From positions 864,001 through 928,000 of the forward strand of contig CAVZVA010000009.1 of NCBI GenBank assembly GCA_963778655.1: 64,000 bases of DNA, in the 5' to 3' direction. The notes below the pieces were generated by a model that searched no databases, was not told the DNA's origin, and saw only the letters and a list, made by a program, of their open reading frames with translations. Positions 48,136-57,482 of this stretch are shown here, piece by piece. The translations under genes were made by a program, and so were the position numbers. The DNA is from an uncultured delta proteobacterium (GTDB lineage: Bacteria; Myxococcota_A; Polyangia; Polyangiales; JAFGIB01). Numbering within the stretch: the stretch's first letter is position 1; each line of letters begins with the position of its first letter.

Positions 48136-49779
48136 TCAGGCCCACCAGCGCAAGTGCCCGAATAGCAGGGCATCGGCCGCAAGCAGCAGGTTGGTGACCG
48201 CGTGCGCCGCGATCGCGTCGGTCACGCGCCCGCGCCGCTGTTGCGCCAGGGCGTAAGCCAGACCTGCGCAGGTGCCGGCGAGCCAGTCTGCATGCAGGAT
48301 GCCGAATCCGAGCGACGATACGACCCATGCTACCCAGGCGATCCGTCGCGGGTCCGCCTCGGTGAAATCCGCGCGCATGAGCCGTCGCAGCAGGTAGCCC
48401 CGAAACGCAAGCTCTTCGGCGATCGGCACCACCACGCACGCTCCCAGCGCGCGTCCCGCGAGCCATACGCCAGCACGCACTGGCCCCAACATGCGCAGTC
48501 CCTGGCGCAAGTCCCGCACCGCTGCTTCGTCGCCGCCCGCGGCTAGCAGATACCAGAGCCCGAACACCGCCACGCCGATCCCAACGCTCTGCCAGTGCAA
48601 CCCCAGCGGCAACTCGCGATAGCGTGAGCGTAGCGCGAACAGCACCGCGAGCACACATGCCGCGCGCACCGGATAGAGCCAGTCGAACCCGATGTTGAGC
48701 AAGCCTGTGGCCAATCCGGTCGCGAGCAGCGTCAGCAGCGGCAGCAGATAGGCGGTCGCCGAGTTTGTATGCCCCTGGTTCGCGGTGTCGCCTTCGCTGG
48801 CAAAATAGCGTGCATTGCGCGCTATCGCGACGAAGCCCAGCGCAACGGCCGAAAAGAGGAGCCAGCCGGCCTTGGAGTGGAATCCACCGATCGCGAGTTG
48901 CGGCGATAGGTAGGTTCCGACGAGGATCAGCGCGGCGATGCGGACGATGTTCGCCATCCACACAGTGATCACGGCGATTGGAAGCAGCGCCAACGTGCGG
49001 GGGAACCGCAAGTGTCGACGTTCGATGAGCATGTACCCAGACAGCAAGACCACGATCAGGCCGATGCCCTCGAATCCAGAGCAAATGGGTGCGACCTGCA
49101 CGGCGAAGTGCGCGGTGCCAATTGTCAACGCGGCCGGTCGGACGAGGACGTCGTCCACGATCGGTCGCAGCACCGCTGCAACCGCGGAGAGCGTGATCGA
49201 CGCCATCTTGTGCCAGCCTACCGAGGACAGCTCGCCGCCAACCCAGGCGGCCATGCCCGCAGCCACCCCTACACCGAGCGCGGCGGCGAACACGCGCCGC
49301 AGCTGTGAGAACGCACGCCAGGGCAGCGCGAGCGGTAGCCACGTGCCGAACACCACCAGGCCCGATAACAGCCAGCCGATTCCCCAACCGAGGCCCGGTC
49401 GAACCCCCGGATCGCCAGCGAAGACGTGGCGCGTGACGAGCAAGAACAGGGAGTAGGCGGCTGCATGCACGGCCGCGAGCGGCCATGGGTTACCCTCGGA
49501 TCCGGATCTCGGCGAAAGCCCGGACAGCGCGCGCCGCAGCGTGGGCCCCATCAGCGCGAGGGCCGCCGCGGTCGCGACCAGCGCAATTGAGCCGAGGTCG
49601 CCGACGTAGTGCAGGCCCGACAGCAGGTCGCCGTTTGCTTGCAGCGACTGGGCGTCGAACAGGAAGCTGATCAGCAGGTACTCGCCGAGCAGCAGTGCCC
49701 CCGCCGCAAGCAGGCGCCTGACCAGAGGCCTGCCTTGCGCCGGCGACACTTTGAGGTCTTCGGGCGAAGGAAGGGCCAC
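48136..49779 (-). CDS. xrtE: Exosortase E / CAAX protease fusion (VPEID-CTERM system)
   Basis: Exosortase triad motifs VAPICSG, NIVRI and GFHSKAGW, followed by CPBP motifs PIAEELAFRG, FGILH and AHAVTN. Confidence 0.9.
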   Translation of the reverse strand: MALPSPEDLKVSPAQGRPLVRRLLAAGALLLGEYLLISFLFDAQSLQANGDLLSGLHYVGDLGSIALVATAAALALMGPTLRRALSGLSPRSGSEGNPWPLAAVHAAAYSLFLLVTRHVFAGDPGVRPGLGWGIGWLLSGLVVFGTWLPLALPWRAFSQLRRVFAAALGVGVAAGMAAWVGGELSSVGWHKMASITLSAVAAVLRPIVDDVLVRPAALTIGTAHFAVQVAPICSGFEGIGLIVVLLSGYMLIERRHLRFPRTLALLPIAVITVWMANIVRIAALILVGTYLSPQLAIGGFHSKAGWLLFSAVALGFVAIARNARYFASEGDTANQGHTNSATAYLLPLLTLLATGLATGLLNIGFDWLYPVRAACVLAVLFALRSRYRELPLGLHWQSVGIGVAVFGLWYLLAAGGDEAAVRDLRQGLRMLGPVRAGVWLAGRALGACVVVPIAEELAFRGYLLRRLMRADFTEADPRRIAWVAWVVSSLGFGILHADWLAGTCAGLAYALAQQRRGRVTDAIAAHAVTNLLLAADALLFGHLRWWA

Positions 49780-49800
49780 CCGCGCTGCCTCGTTCTCGAG

Positions 49801-50058
49801 CTAGGGCGCGACTCGCCGTCGCCGAGAACGGTCCACTGCCAGCGCGATACCCCCGAGGAGCAAGGCCAAAGCCTCTCCCCCCTGGGTGGGGTTGAGCTCC
49901 GGTACCGAGGGCACCTGCTCGCCGCGCTGCAAACTCCAGCGCCGCCATGTGTGGTGAGCGCGGAGGCTGTGTTGCGGCGGTTCGGCCAGACCGCTAGCTG
50001 GCAGCACCATTGAACCCAGGGTCCAGAGAACGAGTCCTGTGCCGATATACTTTTTCAT
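49801..50058 (-). CDS. Small secreted protein with VPEID-CTERM-like sorting signal
   Basis: GAGGGG SD; signal peptide MKKYIGTGLVLW...; C-terminal SVPELNPTQGGEALALLLGGIALAVDRSRRRR; immediately upstream of xrtE. Confidence 0.85.
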   Translation of the reverse strand: MKKYIGTGLVLWTLGSMVLPASGLAEPPQHSLRAHHTWRRWSLQRGEQVPSVPELNPTQGGEALALLLGGIALAVDRSRRRRVAP

Positions 50059-50115
50059 GATGTGTCCCCTCATTCTAGGAGGTCCGTAGGACTCATGGTC
50101 CTCAAAGGGAGATTC

Positions 50116-50133
50116 TTGCACGCTTCGTGCCAA
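50116..50133 (-). promoter_or_regulatory. Sigma-54 promoter for the VPEID-CTERM/xrtE genes
   Basis: Minus strand TTGGCACGAAGCGTGCAA = TGGCAC-N5-GTGCA (GG-N10-GC), about 60 nt upstream of the ATG. Confidence 0.75.
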
Positions 50134-50516
50134 GTCGTTCACTGCGCGATCATGCGCCACTCCAAGATACGATCACGCAAGCAAGGGCGACGAATCGCCT
50201 CTAGGATCCAGGAGCGACGGTATCACTCTCAACACAGGCTCGCAAATCGTTCGCCCAGCTGACGCAGAGCCTGCACAACCCTGTTGAAGTACTGGCCCTT
50301 GTGTTTCCGTGCGGAAACCGGCGCTCAGAATCGCGGCTTGCCTGCCGTCCGACAGGAGATCGAGCCGACCACACATTGGCCTGCGCAGTTGGGGGAGCAA
50401 TCGTCGTGATCAGGCTGCGCCGCTTCTGCGCGGCTGGCTGCACAGTCTGCGCAGCTGCGCACCGACCCGTGGCGAAGGCCAGCATTCAAGCCCCAGCAAA
50501 GCCCCTGTGATTTGGG

Positions 50517-50533
50517 TGGCACGGTCCATGCTT
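50517..50533 (+). promoter_or_regulatory. Sigma-54 promoter for wcaJ and the OPX genes
   Basis: TGGCACGGTCCATGCTT (GG-N10-GC), about 52 nt upstream of the ATG. Confidence 0.75.
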
Positions 50534-50585
50534 ATGATTGAAGCCAGTATCTCCTTCAACCCGTTCCTCCTGAGGCTTTGCTGCC

Positions 50586-51995
50586 ATGCGTGACCCCCGC
50601 GGTGTGATTCGGCCGTACGAAACGGAAGTCGAGTTTGCCTCGCGCCTTGCGGACATGGTGTGGATCAGCGTCGCGTTGTTCATCGTGTCGCTGGTCTTCG
50701 GTGAGCCGTGGCACAACGGTGAGAGCCTCGCTGCCGCTGCGGCTTCCATCCTCTTCTACCTGTTCGGCGAGGCTAGCGGGCTCTACCGCCCCCAGCGTGG
50801 GGAGCCCGTGCGCGAAGAGCTCATGCACCTGGCGACCGCCTGGCTGGGGGTCGTCGCGATGCTCCTGCTCGTGGCGTTCTTGACCAAGACCTCGGCGCAC
50901 TATTCCCGAAAGATGATGGCCGCGTGGGTGGTCGTTGCGCCGGGAGCACTTTGGGCTTGGCGCGTCGTCTTGCGCATCATGCTGCAGGAAGCGCGCGTGC
51001 GCGGCTACAACAGCCGGGCCGCGGCGATCGTCGGGGTGTCGGCGGTCGGCGAGCGGTTGGCGCGCCGCATTGCGCTGTCGCCTTGGATGGGCGTCAGGCT
51101 GGTCGGGTTCTTCGACGACCGCGGCATCGAACGGTTGGAGCCGAACAACGAGGTGCAGATCGAAGTGCAGGGCGGCTTCGACGCGCTGGTCGACAAGGCT
51201 CGCCGTCGCGAGGTCGACATGGTGTACATCGCGCTGCCACCTCGCGCCGAGCCGCGCATCAACGCCCTGGTGCGGCGTCTGGCAGATACCACCGCTTCGG
51301 TGTACTTGGCGTACGACTTCGGCGGCTATGATCTCCTCAGCGCGCGCTGGTCCAGCGTGGGCGAGGTGCCGGTCATGAGCGTGGTCGAGGACCCGTTTCA
51401 CGGCGTCGATGGCCTCGTCAAGCGTCTCGAGGACATCGTGATGGCCGGCATCATCCTCGGCATCATCGCGGTTCCGATGGCGGTGATCGCACTGGCCGTC
51501 AAGCTGACCTCTCGCGGTCCAGTGTTCTTCCGCCAGCGCCGATATGGCCTCAACGGCGAGGAGATCCGCGTGCTCAAGTTCCGCACCATGACCGTGTGCG
51601 AGGACGGCAACGAGGTCGTGCAGGCGACGCGCAACGACAAGCGGGTCACCCCGATCGGGGCGATCTTGCGGCGCACCTCGCTCGACGAGCTGCCGCAGTT
51701 CCTCCAGGTGCTCTCGGGCACCATGTCGATCGTCGGGCCCCGGCCGCACGCGGTCGCCCACAACGAGCAATACCGCTCGCTCATCCGCGGCTACATGCGG
51801 CGGCACAAGGTCAAGCCCGGCATCACTGGTTGGGCGCAGGTCAACGGCTGGCGGGGTGAGACCGATACCGTCGACAAGATGGAGAAGAGGGTCGAGTTCG
51901 ACCTCGAGTACATCAATCGCTGGAACCTCGGCCTCGACCTCAAGATCATCCTCTTGACCGTTTGGACCGTGCTGCGCAACCGCAACGCGTACTGA
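50586..51995 (+). CDS. wcaJ: Undecaprenyl-phosphate glucose phosphotransferase (priming GT, WcaJ/GumD)
   Basis: N-terminal TMs, VGFFDD, KRLEDI, KFRTM, RRTSLDELPQF, MSIVGPRPH, KPGITGWAQVNG, NAY C-terminus. Confidence 0.95.
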   Translation: MRDPRGVIRPYETEVEFASRLADMVWISVALFIVSLVFGEPWHNGESLAAAAASILFYLFGEASGLYRPQRGEPVREELMHLATAWLGVVAMLLLVAFLTKTSAHYSRKMMAAWVVVAPGALWAWRVVLRIMLQEARVRGYNSRAAAIVGVSAVGERLARRIALSPWMGVRLVGFFDDRGIERLEPNNEVQIEVQGGFDALVDKARRREVDMVYIALPPRAEPRINALVRRLADTTASVYLAYDFGGYDLLSARWSSVGEVPVMSVVEDPFHGVDGLVKRLEDIVMAGIILGIIAVPMAVIALAVKLTSRGPVFFRQRRYGLNGEEIRVLKFRTMTVCEDGNEVVQATRNDKRVTPIGAILRRTSLDELPQFLQVLSGTMSIVGPRPHAVAHNEQYRSLIRGYMRRHKVKPGITGWAQVNGWRGETDTVDKMEKRVEFDLEYINRWNLGLDLKIILLTVWTVLRNRNAY

Positions 51996-52015
51996 GCATG
52001 CGCGTACTGAGCATG
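51986..52015. repeat. 15-bp tandem duplication CGCGTACTGAGCATG x2 spanning the wcaJ stop
   Basis: Seen directly. Confidence 0.9.
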
Positions 52016-52150
52016 CGGGCGGTGCCAGCCGCAAGCGCGCCCTCATGCGTTTTGGTTTGCCTCCAAATTTGGCGATGCGGCGGTTCGACAACGCAGCTCG
52101 CTGATCTACTGTAGACCGGCCGCGCTGCGGCGCCGGCCGCAGCGGGCCCC

Positions 52151-53221
52151 ATGTACCCATTCCCTCGGGCACGGATTTCGCTCAGCAAGAAGAGCGCGCT
52201 GGGATGCCGAGCCACGTCACCGGCGCCGTCGCATTGGGCCCTTTCTGCCACGGCACTTGCGGCGATCGTCGCCGCGGGCTGTGCGTCGTTTCCGCCGCCG
52301 CCTATTCTGCACTCGGGCATGGGCACCGCCCCAGGCATCGCCAACGATCGGCCGCCGGATGGCTCCTTGCGCGCGGGGGACCAAGTCTTGATCGATGTCA
52401 TCAGCGGGGGCCGGGTACGTCAACGCCGAGGCGTGGTGGATGCGCGGGGCCAGTTGCACGCAGCCTCCGAGCGCGATGTCGCCGTTGCGGGCTTGTCCCT
52501 GCCTCAGGCCGAAAGACGGATCGCCGAGGCCGTGCATACCTCTGACAAGTTTGCCGAAATCGAGTTGCACCTGTCGCCCCGCTCTCCCCGTCGCATGAGC
52601 GCATTCGGTGCGTTGACCAGGCCCGGGTACGTCACGCTGACTCCGGGAATGCGCGTGGTCGATGCCATCGCGGCCGCGGGCGGGGTGCAGAGGGCGTCGG
52701 CGTCCATCCTCGGCGGAGGGCCGTTGCCGGTGCCGGTAGGCGATCTCGAGGAAGCCGTGTTGATCCGCAACGGCAAGGCCCTGCCCATCAACGTCGATCA
52801 GGCGTTGCGTGGGCAGCGTCGCCACAACGTGTACCTGCACGCTGGCGACCAACTCTACGTTCCGCCTGCCACGGACAACGGGGTCAGCGTCTTGGGGCAG
52901 GTGGGCGCCCCCGGAATCTTTCCCCACCGCCACGGTCTGCGATTGACCGAAGCGCTCAGCGAAGCCGGCGGCATCACGATCGGCGGCGACAAGGACGACA
53001 TCCGTCTGATCCGCGGACCGGTCGAGGCGCCCGCGGTGTACAGGGCGAGCCTGACGGCCATTGCCGAGGGCAAGCGTAGAGACGTGCGGCTACGATCGGG
53101 GGACGTGATCTTCGTCACCGACCACCCAATGGAAGACCTGGGCGAGGTGATGAGGCTCGTCATCCCATTCGTCGCGATCGGCGTGAGCGCGCTGGTCGTC
53201 GCCCTGATCGTGTCGCAGTGA
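52151..53221 (+). CDS. Polysaccharide export OPX (Wza-like, Poly_export + SLBB) lipoprotein 1
   Basis: IVAAGC lipobox, LRAGD, VDARG, SLBB repeats (AAAGG, LHAGDQLYVP, VLGQV), hydrophobic C-terminal helix. Confidence 0.85.
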   Translation: MYPFPRARISLSKKSALGCRATSPAPSHWALSATALAAIVAAGCASFPPPPILHSGMGTAPGIANDRPPDGSLRAGDQVLIDVISGGRVRQRRGVVDARGQLHAASERDVAVAGLSLPQAERRIAEAVHTSDKFAEIELHLSPRSPRRMSAFGALTRPGYVTLTPGMRVVDAIAAAGGVQRASASILGGGPLPVPVGDLEEAVLIRNGKALPINVDQALRGQRRHNVYLHAGDQLYVPPATDNGVSVLGQVGAPGIFPHRHGLRLTEALSEAGGITIGGDKDDIRLIRGPVEAPAVYRASLTAIAEGKRRDVRLRSGDVIFVTDHPMEDLGEVMRLVIPFVAIGVSALVVALIVSQ

Positions 53222-53287
53222 GCGATTGACCGAGCGGTTGGGCCTGGCAAGATGCATGGCCGGAGCTCCCGCGGAGGAGATGCAAGC

Positions 53288-54310
53288 ATGTGGCGCCGGA
53301 TCTGCAGCATCGTGTGCATCTACAGCGTGGTCGCCAGCTGTGGCGGACTGCCCCAGGCGCCCGCCTACCCGCGCAAGGGAGACGGTTTCTCGGGACCCAA
53401 TCCTCTGGCCCGCCCCGGGCTTCCCCGGGATCGCGCTCCGGCGCTCACGCTCCAACCCGGCGACGTGCTGAGCATAGACGTCGCGTCCGAGCAGACCAAG
53501 ACCTGGACGGGCATCGTGGTCGACGCTACCGGGCAAGTACATCTGCCGATGGCGGGCGACGTCGAAGTCGGCGGTCGGGGCTTGAGTGAGGCCGAGAGAA
53601 GGGTGCAAGAAGCCCTGCGCAAGTTCGACCGCTTCGTGCAAGTCACGATCGAGCTCACGGACGCCAAGGGGCAGCATGCCACCGTTCTCGGCGCGGTCAC
53701 CACGCAGGGCTCGGTTCAGCTCATCCCAGGGGCGCGGGTGGCAGACGTGATTGCGAGCGCCGGGGGACCCCTGACAGCGCCCGCAACTCCGGGCTCCCCG
53801 CCGCTATCCATGGCAGACCTGGACGGAGCGGTGCTGATTCGAGGCGGCAAGCCGCTGCCGATCAGCATCGCCAAAGCGCTACGAGGCGACCCCGCGCACA
53901 ACGTGTACGTCCACCCCGGAGACCACATCTACGTGCCGCCCGCGCTGGGCTCGAGCATCAGCGTGCTGGGGCAAGTCGGTACGCCGCGCGTGTTTCCGCA
54001 CCATGCAGGGCTGCGGCTCACGCAGGCACTCGCGCTGGCGGGCGGCGTCACCGTGGGCGCCGACAAGAGCGATATCCGCGTGATTCGGGGCACGCTCGAG
54101 GCGCCGCGTGTCTACCGCGCCAGCTTGCGTGCCGTCGTCGACGGCGATTCGCACGACGTGCTGCTGCAGCCGGGCGACATCATCTTCGTGACCGACCACC
54201 CGATCGAGGACATTGGAGAGGTCGTCGGGCTGGTTGCGCCCGTGCTCTCGCTCGGTCTGAGCAGCGCGTTGCTGGCCGTTACGCTCAACCGCACCACCAC
54301 GAGCCACTGA
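53288..54310 (+). CDS. Polysaccharide export OPX (Wza-like) lipoprotein 2
   Basis: VVASC lipobox, LQPGDVL, VDATGQVHLPMAG, SLBB repeats; clear paralogue of the upstream gene. Confidence 0.88.
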   Translation: MWRRICSIVCIYSVVASCGGLPQAPAYPRKGDGFSGPNPLARPGLPRDRAPALTLQPGDVLSIDVASEQTKTWTGIVVDATGQVHLPMAGDVEVGGRGLSEAERRVQEALRKFDRFVQVTIELTDAKGQHATVLGAVTTQGSVQLIPGARVADVIASAGGPLTAPATPGSPPLSMADLDGAVLIRGGKPLPISIAKALRGDPAHNVYVHPGDHIYVPPALGSSISVLGQVGTPRVFPHHAGLRLTQALALAGGVTVGADKSDIRVIRGTLEAPRVYRASLRAVVDGDSHDVLLQPGDIIFVTDHPIEDIGEVVGLVAPVLSLGLSSALLAVTLNRTTTSH

Positions 54311-54325
54311 GGCGGTGCGGCGGCT

Positions 54326-56362
54326 TCAGGGCGGGGTTCCTTCCGCCGCCGGCGCCTGCCGTTTCAGCAGCCGCCGGTATTCGACCGCATGCGATCCGGC
54401 CGGATAACTCTCGAGGTAGCGATTCATGGCTCGTTCGGCCCTGGGCTGCTCGCCCATCGCGCGGTAGGTCGCGATCAGCAGCTCCAGCTCGCGGGCGCTG
54501 CTCGCTTTGTCCTTGAGCACGCGCACCACGCAGTCGTTGTCACCGCGTGACAGACAGTCGAGCGCCTGTTGCAGCCGAGCTTGAGGTGCGTCGGCAGCAG
54601 CTGGCGCCGGCCGCGCGGCGGGTGGCGCCTGGGGCGGGGCGGACGGTTGTATGGCCGGCGCGGGTGTGGGGCTCGGCTCTGGCGGCGCGGGGCTCGGGGC
54701 GCTGGCTCTCGGCGGTTGGCTCGGCTCCACCCCCGAGAGCGCCGTGGTTTGAGCGGCTCGCGCCGGTCCGTGGCTCGAGGTGTGCGGCACGCCGCTCGGC
54801 GGCGCGTGCGGCGCCTCGTGTGTCGAGGAGGAGCCCGCGGAGGAACCTCTGGGCGGTTCGTTGTTGGGCGGTGCCAGCGCCTGGGATGACCCGCTGCCCA
54901 GCGTCGGTGCGCTGGCAGCCGGCTGGCCGGCGTGAGCCGCGTGCGTGGGGGCTGCCGAGGCCGGCGCTGCCGCCGCCGGAGCAGGTAACGGTGCTGGAGG
55001 AGCCTTTGGCGCGGACGCTGCAGGGCTCGGGGCGGGCTCGGGATGACTGACGACCTCTTGCCCCGCGCCGACCGTGCCTCCGCCGAACACGCGGGCCAGC
55101 CCTGCCGCCGCGGCTAGCCCCGTACCGAGAATCACCCACAGCATCCAGCGCGATCCCTCTGAGTGGCGATCGACATCCGGGAGCATGAACGGGGTTTCGT
55201 CGAGCGCGTGCTCATCGTCGCCTGAGGGCAGGGTCACGCGGGAAGCAGCCTCGCGCACGGTGGTGGCACTCGGCGCGCGCTCCCCAGGGTCGCTGCCGGG
55301 GGCCACGGGTCTTGCCGCCTGTGCCCGCAGATCATCGGTGCGCCCCGGACCAGGAGGTCGATCGCTGGTCACACGCGACGGCCGATCGCTGTCGCCCGCG
55401 CCGGGGTGGCCGGTTCGCGCGGAGAGGCTTTCGGGTGGGGGCCGGCTGCTGTCTCCCGTCGGGCTGAGCGGGACGGACCGTTCCGGCGCCGCGGGGCCAT
55501 TGCTCCCAAGCGAGGCGCCACGCCGGGTTCGATCCAGCCGCTCCCGCAGCGTGCCGGTCGCCGCGCCCGGCGACAACGATCGGGGCAGCAAGGGCGAGGG
55601 GCCGGCGTTCCTACGGGTCGCGGCCGCCGGCCGCGGCGGCAGGGGCGACCGCGGTGGGGGCCGTGGGGAAGGCCAAGGGCTGGGGTCGGCCGGGGCGCGC
55701 GAGGCGCGCGCCGGGGGCGAGGACGAAATAGGCTTGTTGGCGGCGACCTCTACAGTCGGGCTGGCGGGCAAGGGGGAGGGAGGCAGCGGCGAACGCGGGG
55801 CGGCTTTGGGCTGCGGAGGCGAGGACTCGGGTCGCGTGGCCGCGACCCCGCGCAGGGTCGGAGAGCGGCGCATCAGGGCGCTATCGATGATCTGGCGCGT
55901 CCCGGGGCTCGGCTCGCCCGGAGTGGCCAGGATTGCGAACGGCTGGGCGGCCGTGTCCGATGCCCGCACCCGCGGTGGTGGCCCGCTGCTGGTGCGGCGG
56001 TCCGAATCGGTCCGATTACGCTGGCGCTCGATCAGGGCGCGTTCGACGATGCGCTCCACGGCCTCGCGTCCGTCCGCCTCCAGGCGCACAAAGCGCACGC
56101 CCATGCCGGCAGGGCCACGGGGATCGCTCTTGTTTCGCTGCCAGACCACGCGGCCGGTTCCGCGGAAGTAATCGTCGGCCACGTCCGCCGCGCATTCGAA
56201 GCGGATCAGGGCGCCGCGCGGGGACGGGCGAGGGGTGAGGATGAACATCCCGCCCGGGGAAATGTCCCGGCACTCGCCTTCGCGTGGCTCGGTCATCGTC
56301 GGCTCGCGGTACCGAGCCACGAGCGATACCTGCAGGCGGCCTTCTTTTCGGGTGTCGTTCAC
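54326..56362 (-). CDS. PilZ-like (TIGR02266) domain membrane protein with Pro-rich linker and TPR-like C-terminus
   Basis: RKEGR (RxxxR), DISPGGMFI (DxSxxG) and GRVVW...PAGMGVRF; one TM; GTG start overlaps the rmlA stop (GTGA). Confidence 0.8.
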   Translation of the reverse strand: MNDTRKEGRLQVSLVARYREPTMTEPREGECRDISPGGMFILTPRPSPRGALIRFECAADVADDYFRGTGRVVWQRNKSDPRGPAGMGVRFVRLEADGREAVERIVERALIERQRNRTDSDRRTSSGPPPRVRASDTAAQPFAILATPGEPSPGTRQIIDSALMRRSPTLRGVAATRPESSPPQPKAAPRSPLPPSPLPASPTVEVAANKPISSSPPARASRAPADPSPWPSPRPPPRSPLPPRPAAATRRNAGPSPLLPRSLSPGAATGTLRERLDRTRRGASLGSNGPAAPERSVPLSPTGDSSRPPPESLSARTGHPGAGDSDRPSRVTSDRPPGPGRTDDLRAQAARPVAPGSDPGERAPSATTVREAASRVTLPSGDDEHALDETPFMLPDVDRHSEGSRWMLWVILGTGLAAAAGLARVFGGGTVGAGQEVVSHPEPAPSPAASAPKAPPAPLPAPAAAAPASAAPTHAAHAGQPAASAPTLGSGSSQALAPPNNEPPRGSSAGSSSTHEAPHAPPSGVPHTSSHGPARAAQTTALSGVEPSQPPRASAPSPAPPEPSPTPAPAIQPSAPPQAPPAARPAPAAADAPQARLQQALDCLSRGDNDCVVRVLKDKASSARELELLIATYRAMGEQPRAERAMNRYLESYPAGSHAVEYRRLLKRQAPAAEGTPP

Positions 56363-57243
56363 GCGTTGGGGAGGTCGTCGAGCAGGGACATCAGGTACTG
56401 CCCGTACGCGGTCTTGCTCAAGGCAGTGCCCAGTTGCTCCAGCTGGGCAGTCGTGATCCAACCATTGCGGAAGGCGATTTCTTCAGGGCAGGCGAGCTGC
56501 AGGCCCTGGCGCACCTCGATCGTATGAACGAATTGGGCCGCGTGCAGCAGGGCGTCCGGGGTGCCGGTGTCGAGCCAGGCAAAGCCGCGCCCGAGCCTCT
56601 CCAGGTGGAGCGCTCGGCGCTCGAGGTAGAGCCGGTTCAAGTCGGTGATCTCGAGCTCTCCGCGGGCGGAAGGTCGCAACGAAGCCGCCAAGTCGCTGGC
56701 TTGGCCGTCGTAGAAGTACAGGCCGGTGACAGCGTAGTGCGACTTCGGCTTGGCCGGCTTCTCCTCGAGGCTGATCACGCGGTCCTGCGCGTCGAGCTCG
56801 GCCACGCCGTAGGCCTCGGGGTCTTTGACCCAGTAGCCGAATACCGTGGCCCCGGTCTCGCGCTTGGCCGCGCGCTCCAGCACGCCGCTAAGCCCGCCCC
56901 CGTAGAAGATGTTGTCGCCCAAGACCAGGGCGCACGGTCGGCCGCCCAGAAACTCGCGCCCGATCAGGAACGCTTGAGCCAGGCCGTCCGGGCTGGGTTG
57001 GACCGCGTACGAGAGGTCGAGCCCCCACTGGCTGCCGTCCTGGAGTAAGGCACGGAACGCGCTCTGTTCGTGGGGCGTGGTGATGACCAGGATGCGCCGG
57101 ATCCCCGACAGCATCAGCGTGGTGAGCGGGTAGTAGATCATCGGCTTGTCGTAGACCGGCATGAGCTGCTTGCTCACGCCACGAGTCAGCGGGTGCAGCC
57201 TCGTGCCTGTGCCTCCCGCCAAGATGATCCCCTGTTCAATCAT
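56359..57243 (-). CDS. rmlA: Glucose-1-phosphate thymidylyltransferase
   Basis: [56 protein letters not shown]. Confidence 0.97.
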   Translation of the reverse strand: MIEQGIILAGGTGTRLHPLTRGVSKQLMPVYDKPMIYYPLTTLMLSGIRRILVITTPHEQSAFRALLQDGSQWGLDLSYAVQPSPDGLAQAFLIGREFLGGRPCALVLGDNIFYGGGLSGVLERAAKRETGATVFGYWVKDPEAYGVAELDAQDRVISLEEKPAKPKSHYAVTGLYFYDGQASDLAASLRPSARGELEITDLNRLYLERRALHLERLGRGFAWLDTGTPDALLHAAQFVHTIEVRQGLQLACPEEIAFRNGWITTAQLEQLGTALSKTAYGQYLMSLLDDLPNA

Positions 57244-57482
57244 TGAGTCTCTCCTGGTGTTCCCGCCGTTCGGCTAGCGGAACCTGCCGCTCGGCGCAAG
57301 GGGCCGCCATTCGAGGTGCGACCCGTGCTCGAGAGCCTAGCGGGCCACCCCGGGACCGGCCACAGGATACCGCAGCAATGTGCTGGCAACGGAATAACGC
57401 GCGCCAGGACGAGCTGGTCTGGGCACCCACTTGTGCGATACTCCTCCGATCCGCAAGGCCGACGGCAAGGGACCGCGCGCAC

